From Ginglymostoma cirratum (Eukaryota), in the NCBI GenBank assembly GCA_024137785.1, contig JAHRHZ010000098.1, positions 34,469,228-34,533,227 on the forward strand: a DNA stretch of 64,000 nt, given 5' to 3'. The notes beneath the pieces were generated by a model. That model ran no database searches. It was not told where the DNA came from and was given only the letters and a program-made list of their open reading frames with translations. The translations under genes and the position numbers were made by a program. Below, in pieces: positions 1-12,524 of the stretch (the first letter of the stretch is position 1; each line of letters starts with the position of its first letter).

Positions 1-305
1 TTAAACTGATGGCCTTCACTGTCCAAATGTACTGATATTAAGGAGAGTTCGTCGTGCCATTTTGCTGCTGGATGATGTTCATATGTTTACACGGGAATTC
101 CGAGAGGCATGGTTCTCAACCCATAATGCAATCAACAAATGTACAGAGTTGGACCCCATATACAAATCCATACAGAACAAACCTGGAAATAATAGTACTC
201 ACCATAACAGACTGGACAGTATAAATTCCACGCGGAGTAGAAAAAAATCGCTTCATCAGAGACTCCACTGATGATGTCACCTGGCATGGTGACAAAACGT
301 CAGAG
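1..305 (+). mobile_element. Penelope-like element 3' fragment (GIY-YIG C-terminus + pLTR) with inverted 5' segment
   Basis: From ~88 the + strand reads TREFREAWFSTHNAINKCTELDPIY. 1-85 on the - strand reads TYEHHPAAKWHDELSLISVHLDSEGHQF. Both match the GIY-YIG peptide at 34926-35294. Confidence 0.8.
266..303 (+). ncRNA. Minimal type-I hammerhead ribozyme motif (family D, decayed)
   Basis: CTGATGA(268-274)-T-GTCACC/tggcat/GGTGAC-aAAAC-GTC. Perfect 6-bp stem II; G12 mutated to A at a CpG. Confidence 0.7.
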
Positions 306-309
306 GCGC

Positions 310-887
310 ATTTTAACCTTTTTTTTAAGAGCTTTTGAGACAGAGGTGATGAGTGGTCAGTTCCAAGGCAATAAAGTAAGTAGCTTGTGGGTTGGAACAG
401 TAGAAACAGCAAGCATAGGTGGAGCCAGGCTCCCACAGAACCAGGGTTTTGGTTTAGCTTTCAGTAGTTGCTGGGATCTTGAAGCTGGATGTTACAGCTG
501 TTATCCTTCTCTCTGTTACAGCTAAAAGCTGGGGTTCTCTTCCTGCTGCTAGAACTGCATGTGAGACAGTCTGTTTTACTGAATTTGCCTTTGCCAGGGT
601 GTGTTTATGGGATGTTACTACATTGGAACAGTTGCTGTTTAGTAGTTAAATAATCCATTATTCTGTTAAGTTTTCCAATAGAGTTAAATTATTCCAATTC
701 TTCTTTTTTTAGTTTGTATTTTAAGTACAGGGTAAGAATAAAGTGCATTTTGTTTAAAGCCAAGTAATGTCACCAATCAAATTACATCTGGGACACAGCA
801 TCCTACACCTGCTTTTAAACAAGAAAAAATTAGGGTCTAGGCTATCTCTTTGACACATTTGAAGGGGCTTTAGTTTAGTCTATGACA
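310..887 (+). mobile_element. Probable solo LTR (partial)
   Basis: Non-coding block with AATAAA (~737) and a ...TGACA end. Resemblance only; no second copy in the window. Confidence 0.35.
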
Positions 888-1475
888 GAAATAAGCCAGG
901 TGAAATTCAAAGTTCTTTTTGGCTCTGAATGTTCCTTCCTTAGAGACTCGTCAATATTGTACTACATGCACCTCACTGAAATGTGTTGGTGTTTTCCTTA
1001 CATATGTGTTCGGCCGAGAATTTAAGTATTGGAAATAAATGATCATTTCTTACGCCCTCACTAACATTCTTGGTTCATGTGAGATATCCAACCTGCAGAG
1101 TGGGGAAATGGTGTTGGCTCCACCATTGATTCCAGAATGTCGGGAGTTGTGTGGCCTGGGCATTCACAACAAGCATGCTTGTAAATAATGTCAATCTGAC
1201 CCATAACTGGTCTTAACACCATCACAAATTACCCAGTTATTAACTTAAATCCTTTGAAGATGTTCTGATTGATATATTGTCTGTCCTATTTATGCAGCAA
1301 TTCAGAATTGCTCATGGTGTTGGATAGTGACTATGAGAAAGCTCAATGTTTAAAAATATAAAATACAGAATGATTTCCATCGAAAGCCTCTGCTTTTACT
1401 CGCAAACATAGGCCTCGGTGTCATGTGTACAGCTAATAGCTCAAAATAGGTCATCAGCGTGCCTGGGACCTAGAC

Positions 1476-1596
1476 GGTTTAGGCCCAAAACGTCAGCTTT
1501 CCTGCTCCTCTGATGCTGCTTGACCTGCTGTGTTCATCCAGCTCTACACCGTGTTATCTCAGATTCTCCAGCATCTGCAGTTCCTACTATCTCTGA
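1476..1596 (+). mobile_element. Family A pLTR short element (hammerhead 5'-truncated)
   Basis: ggtttaggcccaaaacgtcagctttcctgctcctctgatgctgcttgacc...cctactatctctga; same family as 9629, 33626 and 56747. Confidence 0.85.
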
Positions 1597-1644
1597 AACC
1601 ACCATATCTATATGTGATGCAAACTTCGAAGAATTTGATTTGAT

Positions 1645-2790
1645 TTGACTTATTGTCACATGTACCTAAGTACAGTGAAAAGCTTTGATTATGAACACTA
1701 CAAGCATATCATAGTTAGCAAGGACATACAGATCACAGGGTGAAAAAAGCCTTGAACACAGGCATGCAGATGACATTGCGCGGGGGGTGCACTAGGCAAG
1801 ATCAACATTAGCAAGATCAGTATTATTTGAAGTTAGAGAGTCCGTTCATCAGTCTAATCATGGCAGGGAAGAAGCTTTTCTTTAAGCTGCTCTTGCATAT
1901 GTTCAAGCTTCTGTATGTTCTGCATGACGGAAGAGGTTGTAGGAGGTCATTCCTGGCGTGTGATGGGCCTTTGATGATGTTGGCTCCCTTTCCATGGCGG
2001 TGAGCCGTGTAAATGGAGTCCATGGATGGAAGGTTGGCTTCCATGATGGTCTGTGCACACCACCTTCTGTAGTTTCTTACAGTCCTGGGCAGAGCAGTTG
2101 CCATACCAGGCCATTATGCACCCAGACAGTATGCTTTCAATGGAGCATCTGTAGAAGTTGGTGAGGGACCTTATGGACATGCCAAATTTCCTGAGCCACC
2201 TGAGGAGGAAGAGACGTTGTTGTGCCTTCTTGGCTGTCACAACTACGTGGGAAGTCCAGGACAGGTTGTCAGTTATCATCACTCTGAGGAACTTGAAGCT
2301 CCCCACCCTCTCAACCTCCACTCCATTGATGTAGATGGGGATGTGTTTTCCTCCTTTCTTTCGGAAGACAATGATCAGTTCTTTAGTTTTGCTGATGTTG
2401 AGAGAGAGTTATCATTACATCACGTCACCAAGCCCTCTATCTCCTTCCTGTATTCTGCCTCATCATTGTTTAATATCTACCCTACCACAGTGGAGTCCTC
2501 AGCAAACTTGTAGATGGCATTTGTTTGGACTTTGGCAAGACAGTCATAGATGTACAGGGAGTACAGTAGAGGGCTGAGGATGCATCCTTTGGGGGGGGTG
2601 CTCCAGTGTTGAGTGTTATTGTGGAGGATGTGCAGTTACCTATCCTCCCTGATTGTGGTCTGTGGGTCAGAAAGCTGAGGATCCAGTTGCAGAGGGCGGA
2701 GCCGAGACCAAGGTTATGGAGTTTTGAGGTCAGTCAGGAAGAGATAATGGTATCGAAGGCAGCGCTGTAGTCGATGAGCAGGATTATGTA
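1645..2790 (-). mobile_element. Rex1/Babar-type LINE, 3' part of RT ORF (frameshifted) + 3' UTR
   Basis: VERVGSFKFLRVMITDNLSWTSH..KKAQQRLFLLRWLRKFGM..FYRCSIESILSGCIMAWYGNC, then LQPLPS..YRSL..LKKSFFP. Tail gcttttcactgtacttaggtacatgtgacaataa followed by (aatca)n. Confidence 0.85.
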
Positions 2791-2985
2791 CCTGAAACCC
2801 TAGGTCTTTCTGTTCTACAATACTGAACAAAGCCCTACTTTCAGTTGTAAAAGTCCTGCCCTTGTTTGTTTTACCAAAATGCAAACCTTGCATTTATTTA
2901 AATTAAACTCTATCTGCCGCTTTTCAGCCCATTAACCCAATTGATCAAGATCTCTTTGTAATCTTAGATAACCTTCGTCGCTGTC
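2790..2985 (-). mobile_element. CR1-type LINE RT fragment
   Basis: - strand encodes a WAEKRQIEFNLNKCKV-like motif, similar to WAQKWQMGINPNKCKV in ORF 56915-57169. Confidence 0.65.
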
Positions 2986-3406
2986 TCAATAATTCCCTGG
3001 TGCGTTCTCTCCACTAACCTGTTGATGAGACTTTTTTGCTTTATGTTTTGCTATTTACACTATTAAGCTTAGTGTGAGGTTTAACACCTCTCCCTGGAGT
3101 CTGCTGACATGTAACCTCTCAAATCACGACTGATGTAAACTGAGCAGTCACAGCTTTGGCTGTTAACCCTTTCATCCATGGAGCTGGGGAACTGGAATGC
3201 TGGTTGGCACCAGCTAGTTGCAGTTAGCTCGCGTGTGTGCTTCTGATTCTAGCAACAGCGCCACCTCAAAATCCGGTCCCACATTGAACATCAATGATCT
3301 TTCAGTTGAATTGGGGGATGTATGAGCTGGAGCAATTTCAAAACAAGTATAGAGACACACAAAACAGAGGAGGTGAGTCAGACCATTCTGTCTTTCCCCA
3401 CCTAAA

Positions 3407-3683
3407 ATCATAGTCATAGAGATATACAGCACAGAAACAGACCTCTCGGTCCGACTCATCCATGCTGACCAGATATTCTAAATTAATCTAGTCCCATTTG
3501 TCAGCATCTGGCCCAAATCCCTCTAAACCCTTTCTATTCATGTACCCATCCAGATGCCTTTTTTCAATGTAGTAATTGTACCAGCCTCCACCACTTCTTC
3601 TGGCAGCTCATTCCATACACACACCGCCCTCTGTGTGAAAAAGTTGCCCCTTAGGTCCCTTTTCAATCTTTCCCTTCTCACCT
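3407..3683 (-). mobile_element. CR1-type LINE 3' end
   Basis: catagtcatagagatatacagcacagaaacagacc tail plus a RGNFFTQR-type C-terminal motif. Confidence 0.8.
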
Positions 3684-3917
3684 TCGTTTGGCTACACTAC
3701 AACAACAACACTACTTTTGTTGACTGCTGCTTCAAGGCTGAACAGCTTGCTGAAAGACACATATTGGATTTTTCCTCTTTTTTTTAAGCTTTGGTGACAT
3801 CCAGTCTATTTTGCTCTTTATCTCGATGAGACAATGACAATCGATTAATGATGATAGAAAGGAGAGCTGACAATGGAGAATAAACAATTGTGTCGGAGTG
3901 TAATATTTCCCTAATAG

Positions 3918-4258
3918 GGGTGGTGATGGCCAAGTGGTATCATTGCTGGATTGTTCATCCAGAGACATTTGTAATTTTATGCGGACCTAGGTTCAACTCC
4001 TGCCACAGCAGAAGATGGGATTGAATTCAGTAATAATCCTGAGTTAAGAATCTAATGATGACCATGATTCCATTGCTGATTGTTGGAAAAATATCCCATC
4101 TGGTTCACTAATGTCCTTTAGGGATGGAAACTGCCAGCCTTACCTGATCTGGCCTACATGTGACTCCAGACCCACGGCAATGTGATTGATTTTTAACTGC
4201 CCTCTGGGCAGTTATTGCCGGTTTAGCCAGCAATGCCCAATCCTATGAAAGAATATTA
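3918..4258 (+). mobile_element. tRNA-derived SINE family 2
   Basis: A-box-like tggccaagtgg, B-box-like ggttcaactcc; body ccatctggttcactaatgtcctttaggg..ggcctacatgtgactccagacccac shared with 28633 and 41703. Confidence 0.85.
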
Positions 4259-4269
4259 AAAACAGATAA

Positions 4270-4410
4270 GAAAAACAGAGTGTGCTGGATAAACACTGCA
4301 GGCCTGGCAGCATTGGTAGAGGGAAAAAATAGTTAACATTTCGAGTCCAGTGACCCTAAAAGGGTTCTGATTGTTTCAGATTGCCAGCATTCGCAATTCA
4401 GTGTGTTTAT
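4270..4410 (-). mobile_element. Family B pLTR fragment (old)
   Basis: caggcctggcagcat..gttaacatttcgagtccagtgaccc matches family B. Confidence 0.65.
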
Positions 4411-4717
4411 TTGAGTGTAATATTTCCTTTTGGCTTCAGAGAAAACATCATTTCATGGGAGTACTTCCTGGATTGCTCAGCACACTGTTGTTCAGCAAAC
4501 TGATCAACAGCAGCTACTGCTGAAGCTTTTCAGGAGAATTTATTCCTCAGTACAAGATTCTCTTTGTAATTTTTGAGTTAAACTAAAAAGCCTTGGGAGC
4601 AAATTGGCTGCTGTGTTTCCTACATTAGAACAGTGACTGCGTTTCAGAAAGTGCTTTGTTCAGTGTGCAGTATGTTGCAATTTCCTGCTGTCTTGCAAAG
4701 CACTTTTCATTTACAAA

Positions 4718-5252
4718 GTCATACAGTGATACAGCAAGGAAACAGACCCTTTGGTCCAACAGGCCCATGCTGACCATAGTCCCAAACTAAACCACCTGTG
4801 CTTGGCTCATATCTCTCCAAACATTTCTTATTTTTGTACTTATCCAAATGTCTTTTAAACGCTGTAACTACCTGCATCCACCACTTCCTCTGGAAGTACA
4901 TTCCACATACGAACCACTTGCCATGTAAAAAAACAATGCCCCTCGTGTCTTTTTTTAAATCTTTCTCCTCTCACCTTAAAAATGTGACCCCTAGTCTTGA
5001 AATTCCCCATCCTAGGGAAAAGACACCTGCCATTCTCCTTATTAATACCCCTCATGATTTTATAAACTTCGATCAAGTCACCTCTCCACCTCCTACACTC
5101 CAGTGAAAAAGGTCCCAGTCTATCCAGCCTCTCCTTTTAACGCAAACCCTCTGTTCCTGTCAACATCCTGGTAAATCTCTTCTGAGCCTTCTCCAGCTTA
5201 AAAATATCCTTCCTATATCTGGGTGACCAGAACTGGACACAATACTCAAGAA
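4718..5252 (-). mobile_element. CR1-type LINE 3' end
   Basis: ORF MIEVYKIMRGINKENGRCLFPR..KTRGHIFKVRGERFK..FFTWQVVRMWNVLPEEVVDAG. Confidence 0.9.
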
Positions 5253-5391
5253 GATGTGTCTTTTTGTATACATATGATATATACACTTTTTTTTTAGAGT
5301 ATCTTTATAGAATCTTCCATTCTGTATTATCCACTACTTTGCATTATCAAGTTTCTTCTGATGTAAAAATAATTTATAGTAATGAATTGTC

Positions 5392-5490
5392 TTCTGAAGA
5401 AGTCATGTTACCGTGGAAATATTAACTCTATCTCTCTCCAAAGATGCTGCCAGACCTGCTGAGTTTCTACAGCATTAACAACGTTTGTGT
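5392..5490 (+). mobile_element. Family B pLTR fragment (decayed hammerhead)
   Basis: ttctgaagaag..gaaatattaactct..gatgctgccagacctgctgagtttc. Confidence 0.65.
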
Positions 5491-5531
5491 TCTGCTGCGT
5501 TGCCTAAGTTTGTAGTGAAGTACCTTACCTG

Positions 5532-5712
5532 AAGGGGCTGGTTTGCTGAGTTGGCTGGACAGCTGGATTGTGACACTAACAAGTGCAGATTCAATTCCTG
5601 CACTTGCTGAAGTTACCATGAAGATGTAACCCTTACAGTCTCATTCCTTATGTGAGGTGCAAGTGACCCTCAGTTAATTAGAGAGTGTGACAGTGGTGGC
5701 TTTATCTTTACT
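5532..5712 (+). mobile_element. tRNA-derived SINE family 3
   Basis: ggggctggtttgctgagttggctggacagctgg..ttcaattcc..gttaccatgaag; related copies at ~15910-16085(+), 37285-37505(-), 47545-47740(-). Confidence 0.7.
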
Positions 5713-5777
5713 TGTATGTTTCAGGCATTTTAACATGGCTCTATTTGGGACTGTCAAACTTTTTTTTAAAGAAAATA

Positions 5778-5942
5778 AACATAGAACATAGAACATAGAA
5801 CATAGAACAATACAGCACAGAACAGGCCCTTCGGCCCTCAATGTTGCGCCGCCCTGTGAACTAATCTAAGCCCATCCCCCTACACTATCCCATCATCATC
5901 CATATGCTTATCCAAGGACTGTTTAAATGCCCCTAATGTGGC
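5778..5942 (-). mobile_element. CR1-type LINE 3' terminus with (CATAGAA)n tail
   Basis: acatagaacatagaacatagaacatagaacaatacagcacagaacaggcccttcggccc. Confidence 0.85.
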
Positions 5943-6319
5943 CATCAGTCATCTTCTGTATTTGTGAATATTATTGCTGCTGTTCTCTGCACTGCACTAT
6001 TAATCATCATTGAGATAAATTCAGTGATAGATATGTCCATAGCAAGAAGTATAATGGTAGCATTTAATTTTACATTCGATGGCATTGTATGAACTTGGTG
6101 TGACTGAAGAAGTTACAGTGATAACGCACGCACTTTAATCTAGGAACATTTACAATCTAACTAAAATAGTTAGTGCAGAATGTATTGTGGTTCCATGTGC
6201 CACATTTAATTTCTTTGTGCCAATTAATTCTCCGATAATCGTAGGAACATGAGAGCAGAAGTAGGTCATTTGCCCCCTTGAACCTGCTTTGCAATTCAGT
6301 GAGATGATGGGGAAGTGAC

Positions 6320-6620
6320 AGTGTTGTGGAAATGCCATTGAACTATTAATCCAGAGCACTGGGCAAATTTTCAGGGGCACAAGTTTGAATCCCACCATAG
6401 CAAATTGTGAAATTTCAATTCAATGAAAGCTGGAATGTATGTAACAACTGATGATTTTTTGTTTTAATCTGCCTCACAAATGTCCTTTAGGGAAGGAAAT
6501 CTGCTATCCTTACCTGGTCTGGCCTACATGTGACTCTGGTCCCATAGCAATCTGGTTGACTCATAACTGCCCTCTAAAATGGCTTAAAGCTTCAAGTAGG
6601 TCAATGGCATTGGGGCCAAA
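6320..6620 (+). mobile_element. SINE family 2 (diverged)
   Basis: aatgtcctttagggaaggaaatctgctatccttacctggtctggcctacatgtgactc. Confidence 0.75.
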
Positions 6621-7000
6621 TGCCAGCCTTGAGGTATGGAGAAACAGTCCACGCCAGCCAATTTCGTTTGAGTATAAAATCACTGAACTTGAAGGAGTTT
6701 CAGAGGTTGGAAATTAAAAGGGGTGTGAAATGGTGCTCAGATTTACTAATTGTGCAAATATGCACACACTTAGCAGTGGCCCACACTAAAACGCTAAGGG
6801 CTGGGGTGTTGACAATTTGCTCGGATTGGATTGCCGTGCTGTGCATCTTTTGAAAGTTGTTCTTAGTTTGCTCACATCTTCATAGTGAAGGTCGCTTAAC
6901 CACCATGCAACACAAAGGGAGAGGGCATCACCTTCAACATTCAACAACCTGTACTCAAAGCCCCAGTGGAATTCAAACTCTGGAAAAGTGCTACATACAA

Positions 7001-7440
7001 ACATAAGAAACAGGAGCACAATTCATCCTTTGGAGCTTGCTCTAACATTCACTAAGGTCGTGACTGATTTGTTTGGGGTTTTGAATTCCACATTTCCATC
7101 TTCTACGATTCCACACGAATCTATCAGCCTCTGGAAAATAAATATTTATGACGCCACTTTCACTGCCTTCTAAAGCAGGGAGTTCCAAAGTCACACAGCC
7201 CACTGTGTGAAAAAAGTTCTCATCTTTGTCATTAAAGGGTGACCCCTAATTTTCATGCTTCCTTCTTCTGGACTGACCCACAAGATATATATCCTTTCCT
7301 CGGACACTTTGTTAAGACCTATCAGGATTGTATACACTTTGCCCCTCTCTCTACTAAACTCTATTGAAAACAAGCCTAATCTGTCCAACCTATCCTCATT
7401 ACACAACCCACTCATTCAAAGGATCAATCTAATCTATCTA
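7001..7440 (-). mobile_element. CR1-type LINE 3' end
   Basis: ORF EDRLDRLGLFSIE..VYTILIGLNKV..RGHPL..RTFFTQ. Confidence 0.8.
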
Positions 7441-8104
7441 TTAGTCACTATTGCGCAGGATCAAAATAACCTGTAAGTTCTCCATCCTATAATGTCTTTT
7501 ATCACCTCAATGGTTCCTGCTTTGATATTATCATTCACCTTTCACCAATCCACTCGATGGGGGCACCCATTGAATTCATTTCTCAAAACAGTTACATCAA
7601 CTGGACTTTCGGTATTTATTCTCAATTTCTCTCTCCTTTTGACAACTTTGCAAAATCGAGTTAAAATTCACTTTTTATTTAAAGTGCAGAGCTGCGAAAA
7701 CTGACGTGAAAGAAAACCAACAAAGCTGACATTAGCCTGAGGCATTTTCTGAAGTGTGGATGAATGTCACAAGCAATTGAAACTGAGATGAGGCTAGAGC
7801 TGGCTGTGACTGTGAGTAACTGACGATGGCTTTAGTTTTGCAATACTGGGAGGATCTTGCCTGTGTCCTTCCCTTACCAACTTGGCTAAACAATTGCCCT
7901 CATGTTTAGCTTAAACAATTAAAACACCAGTCCAGAGCAGCAGGATTTCAACGGGTCCATATTTTTATGGTTGTGAATTTCCAAAGTTGTCACCAGTTTC
8001 TGGAAACTGACAGTGAGTCCTGATTTCGGCACATGGGCAATTCAATGTGCAGATCCAGAAGCTGCTTGTCAGTAATTATCTGCTCCTCCTCAGGGTGCAC
8101 TTTG

Positions 8105-8660
8105 CTTTCTCATTCCTTCATGGCGTGTGAACTCAACTAGCAAGCCCTGTAGTTGTTGCTCTTAAGAAGGTGGTGGTGAGCAGCTTTCTTGAACTGCTGT
8201 CATCCTTTTGGTGTAGGGACACTCTTAGTGGAGGCTCTTCCAGGATTTTGAGAATATTGAAGGCACAGTGATATAGTTCTAGGTCAGGATGGTGGGCGAC
8301 TTTCAGAGAAATTTACAAGTGGCTGCGTTCACATGCATTCATTGTCCTTCTCCTTCTGGCTGGTAGAGATGATAGGCTAGGCAGGTACTATCAAATAAGA
8401 GATAACACAGTGCGGAGTTGGAGGAACACAGCAGGTCAGGCAGCATCAGAAGAACAGAAAAGCTGACATTTCGGGTTGGGACCCTTCTTCAGAAAAATGC
8501 TATCAAATAAAGCTTGACAGGTTGATGCAGTGAAGCTTGTACGTAGGACACACTGCTGCCATTATGTGTCAGTCTAGGGTTAAGTTAACATCAAGATTAT
8601 TGGACGGAGTGCAGATGCAGCAGGTCGCTTCGTCCAAGATGGTGCCAATTTTTTTTTGAA
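8105..8660 (-). mobile_element. CR1/L2-superclade LINE family 2, 3' fragment (interrupted by a family A insert)
   Basis: aaggtggtggtgagcagctttcttgaac..ccaggattttg..gtcaggatggtg shared with 30305, 42050 and 54238. Confidence 0.7.
8399..8499 (-). mobile_element. Family A hammerhead element with TSD
   Basis: TSD ctatcaaataa at 8388-8398 / 8500-8510; - strand CTGAAGA-A-GGGTCCCAACCC-GAAATGTC. Confidence 0.85.
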
Positions 8661-8807
8661 TGTCACCATAACCTTGAGTAATGTCTCAGCAGATGACAGT
8701 TTTAATAAGTCTCTGAAGTGAGGAGAACTTTCCCACTTCAAGACACAATATAGCTGTTAAAACCCCTGAAAATACACTTTATTTCTAGTGTGCAGCCTTC
8801 TTTTTCC

Positions 8808-9262
8808 TTTATTCATTCATGGGACAAAGGCATCACAAACCACCCCAGGATTTATTGCCCACCCTTAACTACCCAGAAACAAGAGCAGAAATTGCTGGAA
8901 AAGCACAGCAGGTCTGGCAGCATCTGTGGAGAGAAAGCAGAGTTAACGTTTCGGGTTCAGTGACCCTTCCTTAATTACCCAGGGGGGCAGTTAAGAGTCA
9001 ACCACATTCCTGTGGGTCAGAAGTCACATATGGGCCAGATCATGTGAGGACAGCAGATTTCCATCTCCAAATGGGTGTTAGTGAACCAGATGAGTTTTTA
9101 CAACAACCAACAATAGTTACATGATTATCATTAAGCCAGCTTTTCGTTTTAAGTTCCAGATTTGTATTGAGTTCAAACTTCACCATCTGCCATGGTGGGA
9201 TTCTCAAACCCATAACCCCTGAAATGTGAGTATAGTGACATTACAACCAGGCCACCGCTTCC
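8808..9262 (-). mobile_element. SINE family 2 containing a family B insert
   Basis: SINE body on - strand; insert 8877-8968 flanked by ccttaactacccag / ccttaattacccag. Confidence 0.8.
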
Positions 9263-9628
9263 GCAGTAAACTTGGCATATAAGAGTATAGTAAATCATTA
9301 CTATTGCTGACAAGCTCTCTGCCCTAGAAGTCCAAGATGATAAGTATGTCACATTAGCTGGAAAGAATTTCATAACATTTTAAGATAGTAACAAATATTT
9401 TTTACAGTTTGTACAGCTTATGATGTTTCTGGTTCTAGTGCATATGGCTCAGTCTTTACTTTGCTTCCTGTAATAGCTCTGAAAATTGAGTAATAATCAG
9501 TACATTTTATTTCCTGAGTTACTGTCTGTGAGAATACCTCAATGAGGTTAGCTAATTACATTGTTCGAGGATATCAATATCATTAGAAACCTGGAGACCA
9601 TTTGACTAAATTGAATGCCAAAGGGATC

Positions 9629-9727
9629 TTTGATTTCTGAAGAAGGGTCCCGACCTGAAATGTCAGCTTTCCTGCTCCTCCAATGCTGCCTGGCCTGCTG
9701 TGCTCCTCCAGCTCCACACTGTGTTAC
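9629..9727 (+). mobile_element. Family A hammerhead element
   Basis: CTGAAGA-A-GGGTCCCGACCT-GAAATGTC (9637-9664); imperfect TSD gccaaagggatc / gccaaatggatc. Confidence 0.85.
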
Positions 9728-10118
9728 GCCAAATGGATCACTTTGCAGGCAGTTTTATCTTAGGTCAGAGGTGAACCCCTGTGAACTCTGTCTATAACGC
9801 AATTCTGATCATTTCTACCCGCTTTCCAGATGTCAGTCATGTTACTTTAGGAGACTGGGCTGTGATGTAGTTTTCCTAGGGTAAAACATCACTGCCAGTA
9901 TGATGTGGTCTGAGCACTTCCTTTATATGCTAGTCGATCCAACATATACCATGAAGTCTGGGTTCTTGTTGAGACAGGTGTCTTGAAGTTTATTAACAGC
10001 ACTAACTATGTACACTGATATGATACTACACACTTACCTGTAGTCCAGTTTCTATGCTTATATCACTGTTACATTAGAAGCATGACTGATTCGTTGACTA
10101 ACAGACCAACTGACAAGC

Positions 10119-10262
10119 ATCGGAGGAGCAGGAAAGCTGATGTTTCGGGTCCAGACCTGAAACGTCAGCTTTCCTACCCCTCTGATGCTGCCTGGCCTGC
10201 TGTGTTCATCCAGCTCCACACTGTGTTATCTCAGATTCCAGCATCGGCAGTTCCTACTATCT
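10119..10262. mobile_element. Family A hairpin element with TSD
   Basis: Inverted arms meet at gtttcgggtc-ca-gacctgaaac; TSD cagaccaactgac(a/g)agc at 10102-10118 / 10263-10279. Confidence 0.85.
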
Positions 10263-12524
10263 CAGACCAACTGACGAGCTGCTTTTAACTGACTGATTGA
10301 TTAACGAAGACTAAGATGGAGGCATTTTTTGTAGAGTGTCAAGAGTCCTGATGCCATCTGGCTGTCCTAAAGGTATAGTGCCTTTTTGAGATTTGTGCAA
10401 TATTACAACAGACTGAGGGAATGGTTGGAAAAATCTGGAGATAACTGCTATCACCAGGGCTGCTCTTGCAACTCACCTTGGAGATGATTTTGAGAAATGT
10501 GCAAACTGTCCTATCAATTGTGTGTAATGCATGGTTTAGGAGAGATTGAAAGTAAGAAGGATTGAGAACAGGAAGGTACTTTATAGAAAGAAACTTTTTA
10601 AACTTCATGCTGGCTCAAGCCTGATGTATGAGCCGAAACAATGAATGTCATCATGGTGTTGAATCATGGGAAGACCTGGTTTTCACCCCAACACATGAGC
10701 ATTGTTTCCTTCATTACAACAGAACTACTTTCAAAGACTACTCAATGAGCTGCAAAGCATTTGCTGACATTCTGAGGCTGTGAAAGATTCTATATTAATA
10801 CTAATCCCTGTTTCTTTCCCTTTCTCTTTATAGCAGGAGCAACTGCACAAACATCAGAACAAGGATCCATTGCTGATCCTCAATTTTGCCATCCTTGATA
10901 CAACATCACAGAACACCCATCCACTAGACCCTTGTACCAACTCAATCCCGCCATCGAGTCATACAGCATTGAAACAGACCTTTCAGTCCAACCAGTCCAT
11001 GCCAACCATAATGCCAAACTAAACTAGACTCACCTGTCTGCACTTGGCCATGAATATCCCTGACCTCTGTAACTGATGTCCTCAGTTAGTAATGCATTTG
11101 CTAACTGGGGCACTGATTATAATAAGAACTTAGATTTATACAGCACCTTTAATGGAATGAATCAACCCGAGGCACTTCATAGGAGCATTGTAAAACAAAG
11201 TAAAAGGAAGATATGTCTTTATATGCTTCAAAGGTATAAAACACATTGTGAAGACAGCAACTGCAAAGGCCTAGTTTAGCTTCTGACATGTCAATGTTTA
11301 GCTCTATTTATCTTCTTGTTGCACAAGGTGAGAAGCTCCCTCCTTAGAAATCAGGGAGATAGTTATCTCAGCTGTACGCAGACTTGGCAGTTCCTTCAGA
11401 AATGGAAGGCTGCATGGCCCCTAAAGACATAGAAATGATGCACCCTCTCCCACATTGTGACAAAATTGTAAAATAAGCCAGAAAGGCTCTGTCTCTGCAT
11501 TGCTTAATTCATAGGAAGTCTTTTTTTTACATAGCAAGAATGGCCAATAACAAACCTGAGGACGTAAAGGCCATTTCTTTGTGTTGAATTTACAAATAGA
11601 CTTCCTTGATGTATGTGTTGAAATCATGGCTTCGGGGCTTGTGTACAGCAATGAGAAAGTGATAGCCTTTCACTGAGCTAGTATATTTATCTCTTCTGTC
11701 AGCCTAATGCACTTTATTATTCTTTGCTGTTGCTGTAGGAAAAGTGTAACACAATACTGATATGAAAACGTTTTGCCAGTCCTCAGGGGTGAGCTCCAAT
11801 TTAAAATGTAGCTTAAGGAGGCAAATAGTGACTCCAGTGGTAAAAGACTGACCCTATTTCTGATTTCTTTCATTTTCAAGGAATAGAATATTACCTTCCC
11901 TCTTTTATATACCATTATAAAAAGAGCATTCATTTTGTGTAAAGACCATTTTTACTGATGAAGATGGGAAACCAAAACTCAATTCATTTTCGCTCTTGAG
12001 AATTCCACTGAAGAAATCTTGTCTTACACATGTTGTGGTTTGTGGCCGTCTTGATTTTCCATTTCCAAGGGTTTTGCATTGTTACTGCAAAGGGGAAAGA
12101 AGTTGAATATGTCTCCCTTGGAGAATTTGGAGAACTTTGGGTGACCCAAAGAAAGATTTCAGGATGAGACAGGCTATGCACAAATTGTTCACCACAGCAA
12201 AACATTGAGATACAGGTTTAAAAAGAAAAAAGGATTCAGATTAAGGAAGGCAGTGAAACCTTCTCCAATCACCAGATGCAGGACATAAGAAAGTTAGACG
12301 TTGAGAAGGAAATGCAAACTTTGAACTGAACTGACTATTCATCTCTTCTTCCTCAACATCACTTGCTCTGTGGTCTATCCATTTTTTGTTAATTTCCTGA
12401 GAATTCAATCAACCATTGGCTTGAATATACACAATTAAAATGCTTCCTGAAGAAATCCATGGATATTATAAGATCAACACAATTATTGATACTTAGTTGG
12501 AAAGGAAAGGAACAGAGAGATAGA

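Noticed and set aside
10805-10960. Strong + strand splice acceptor followed by an open frame
   Set aside because: The pyrimidine tract looks like a SINE tail; no donor; the frame runs into a CR1.
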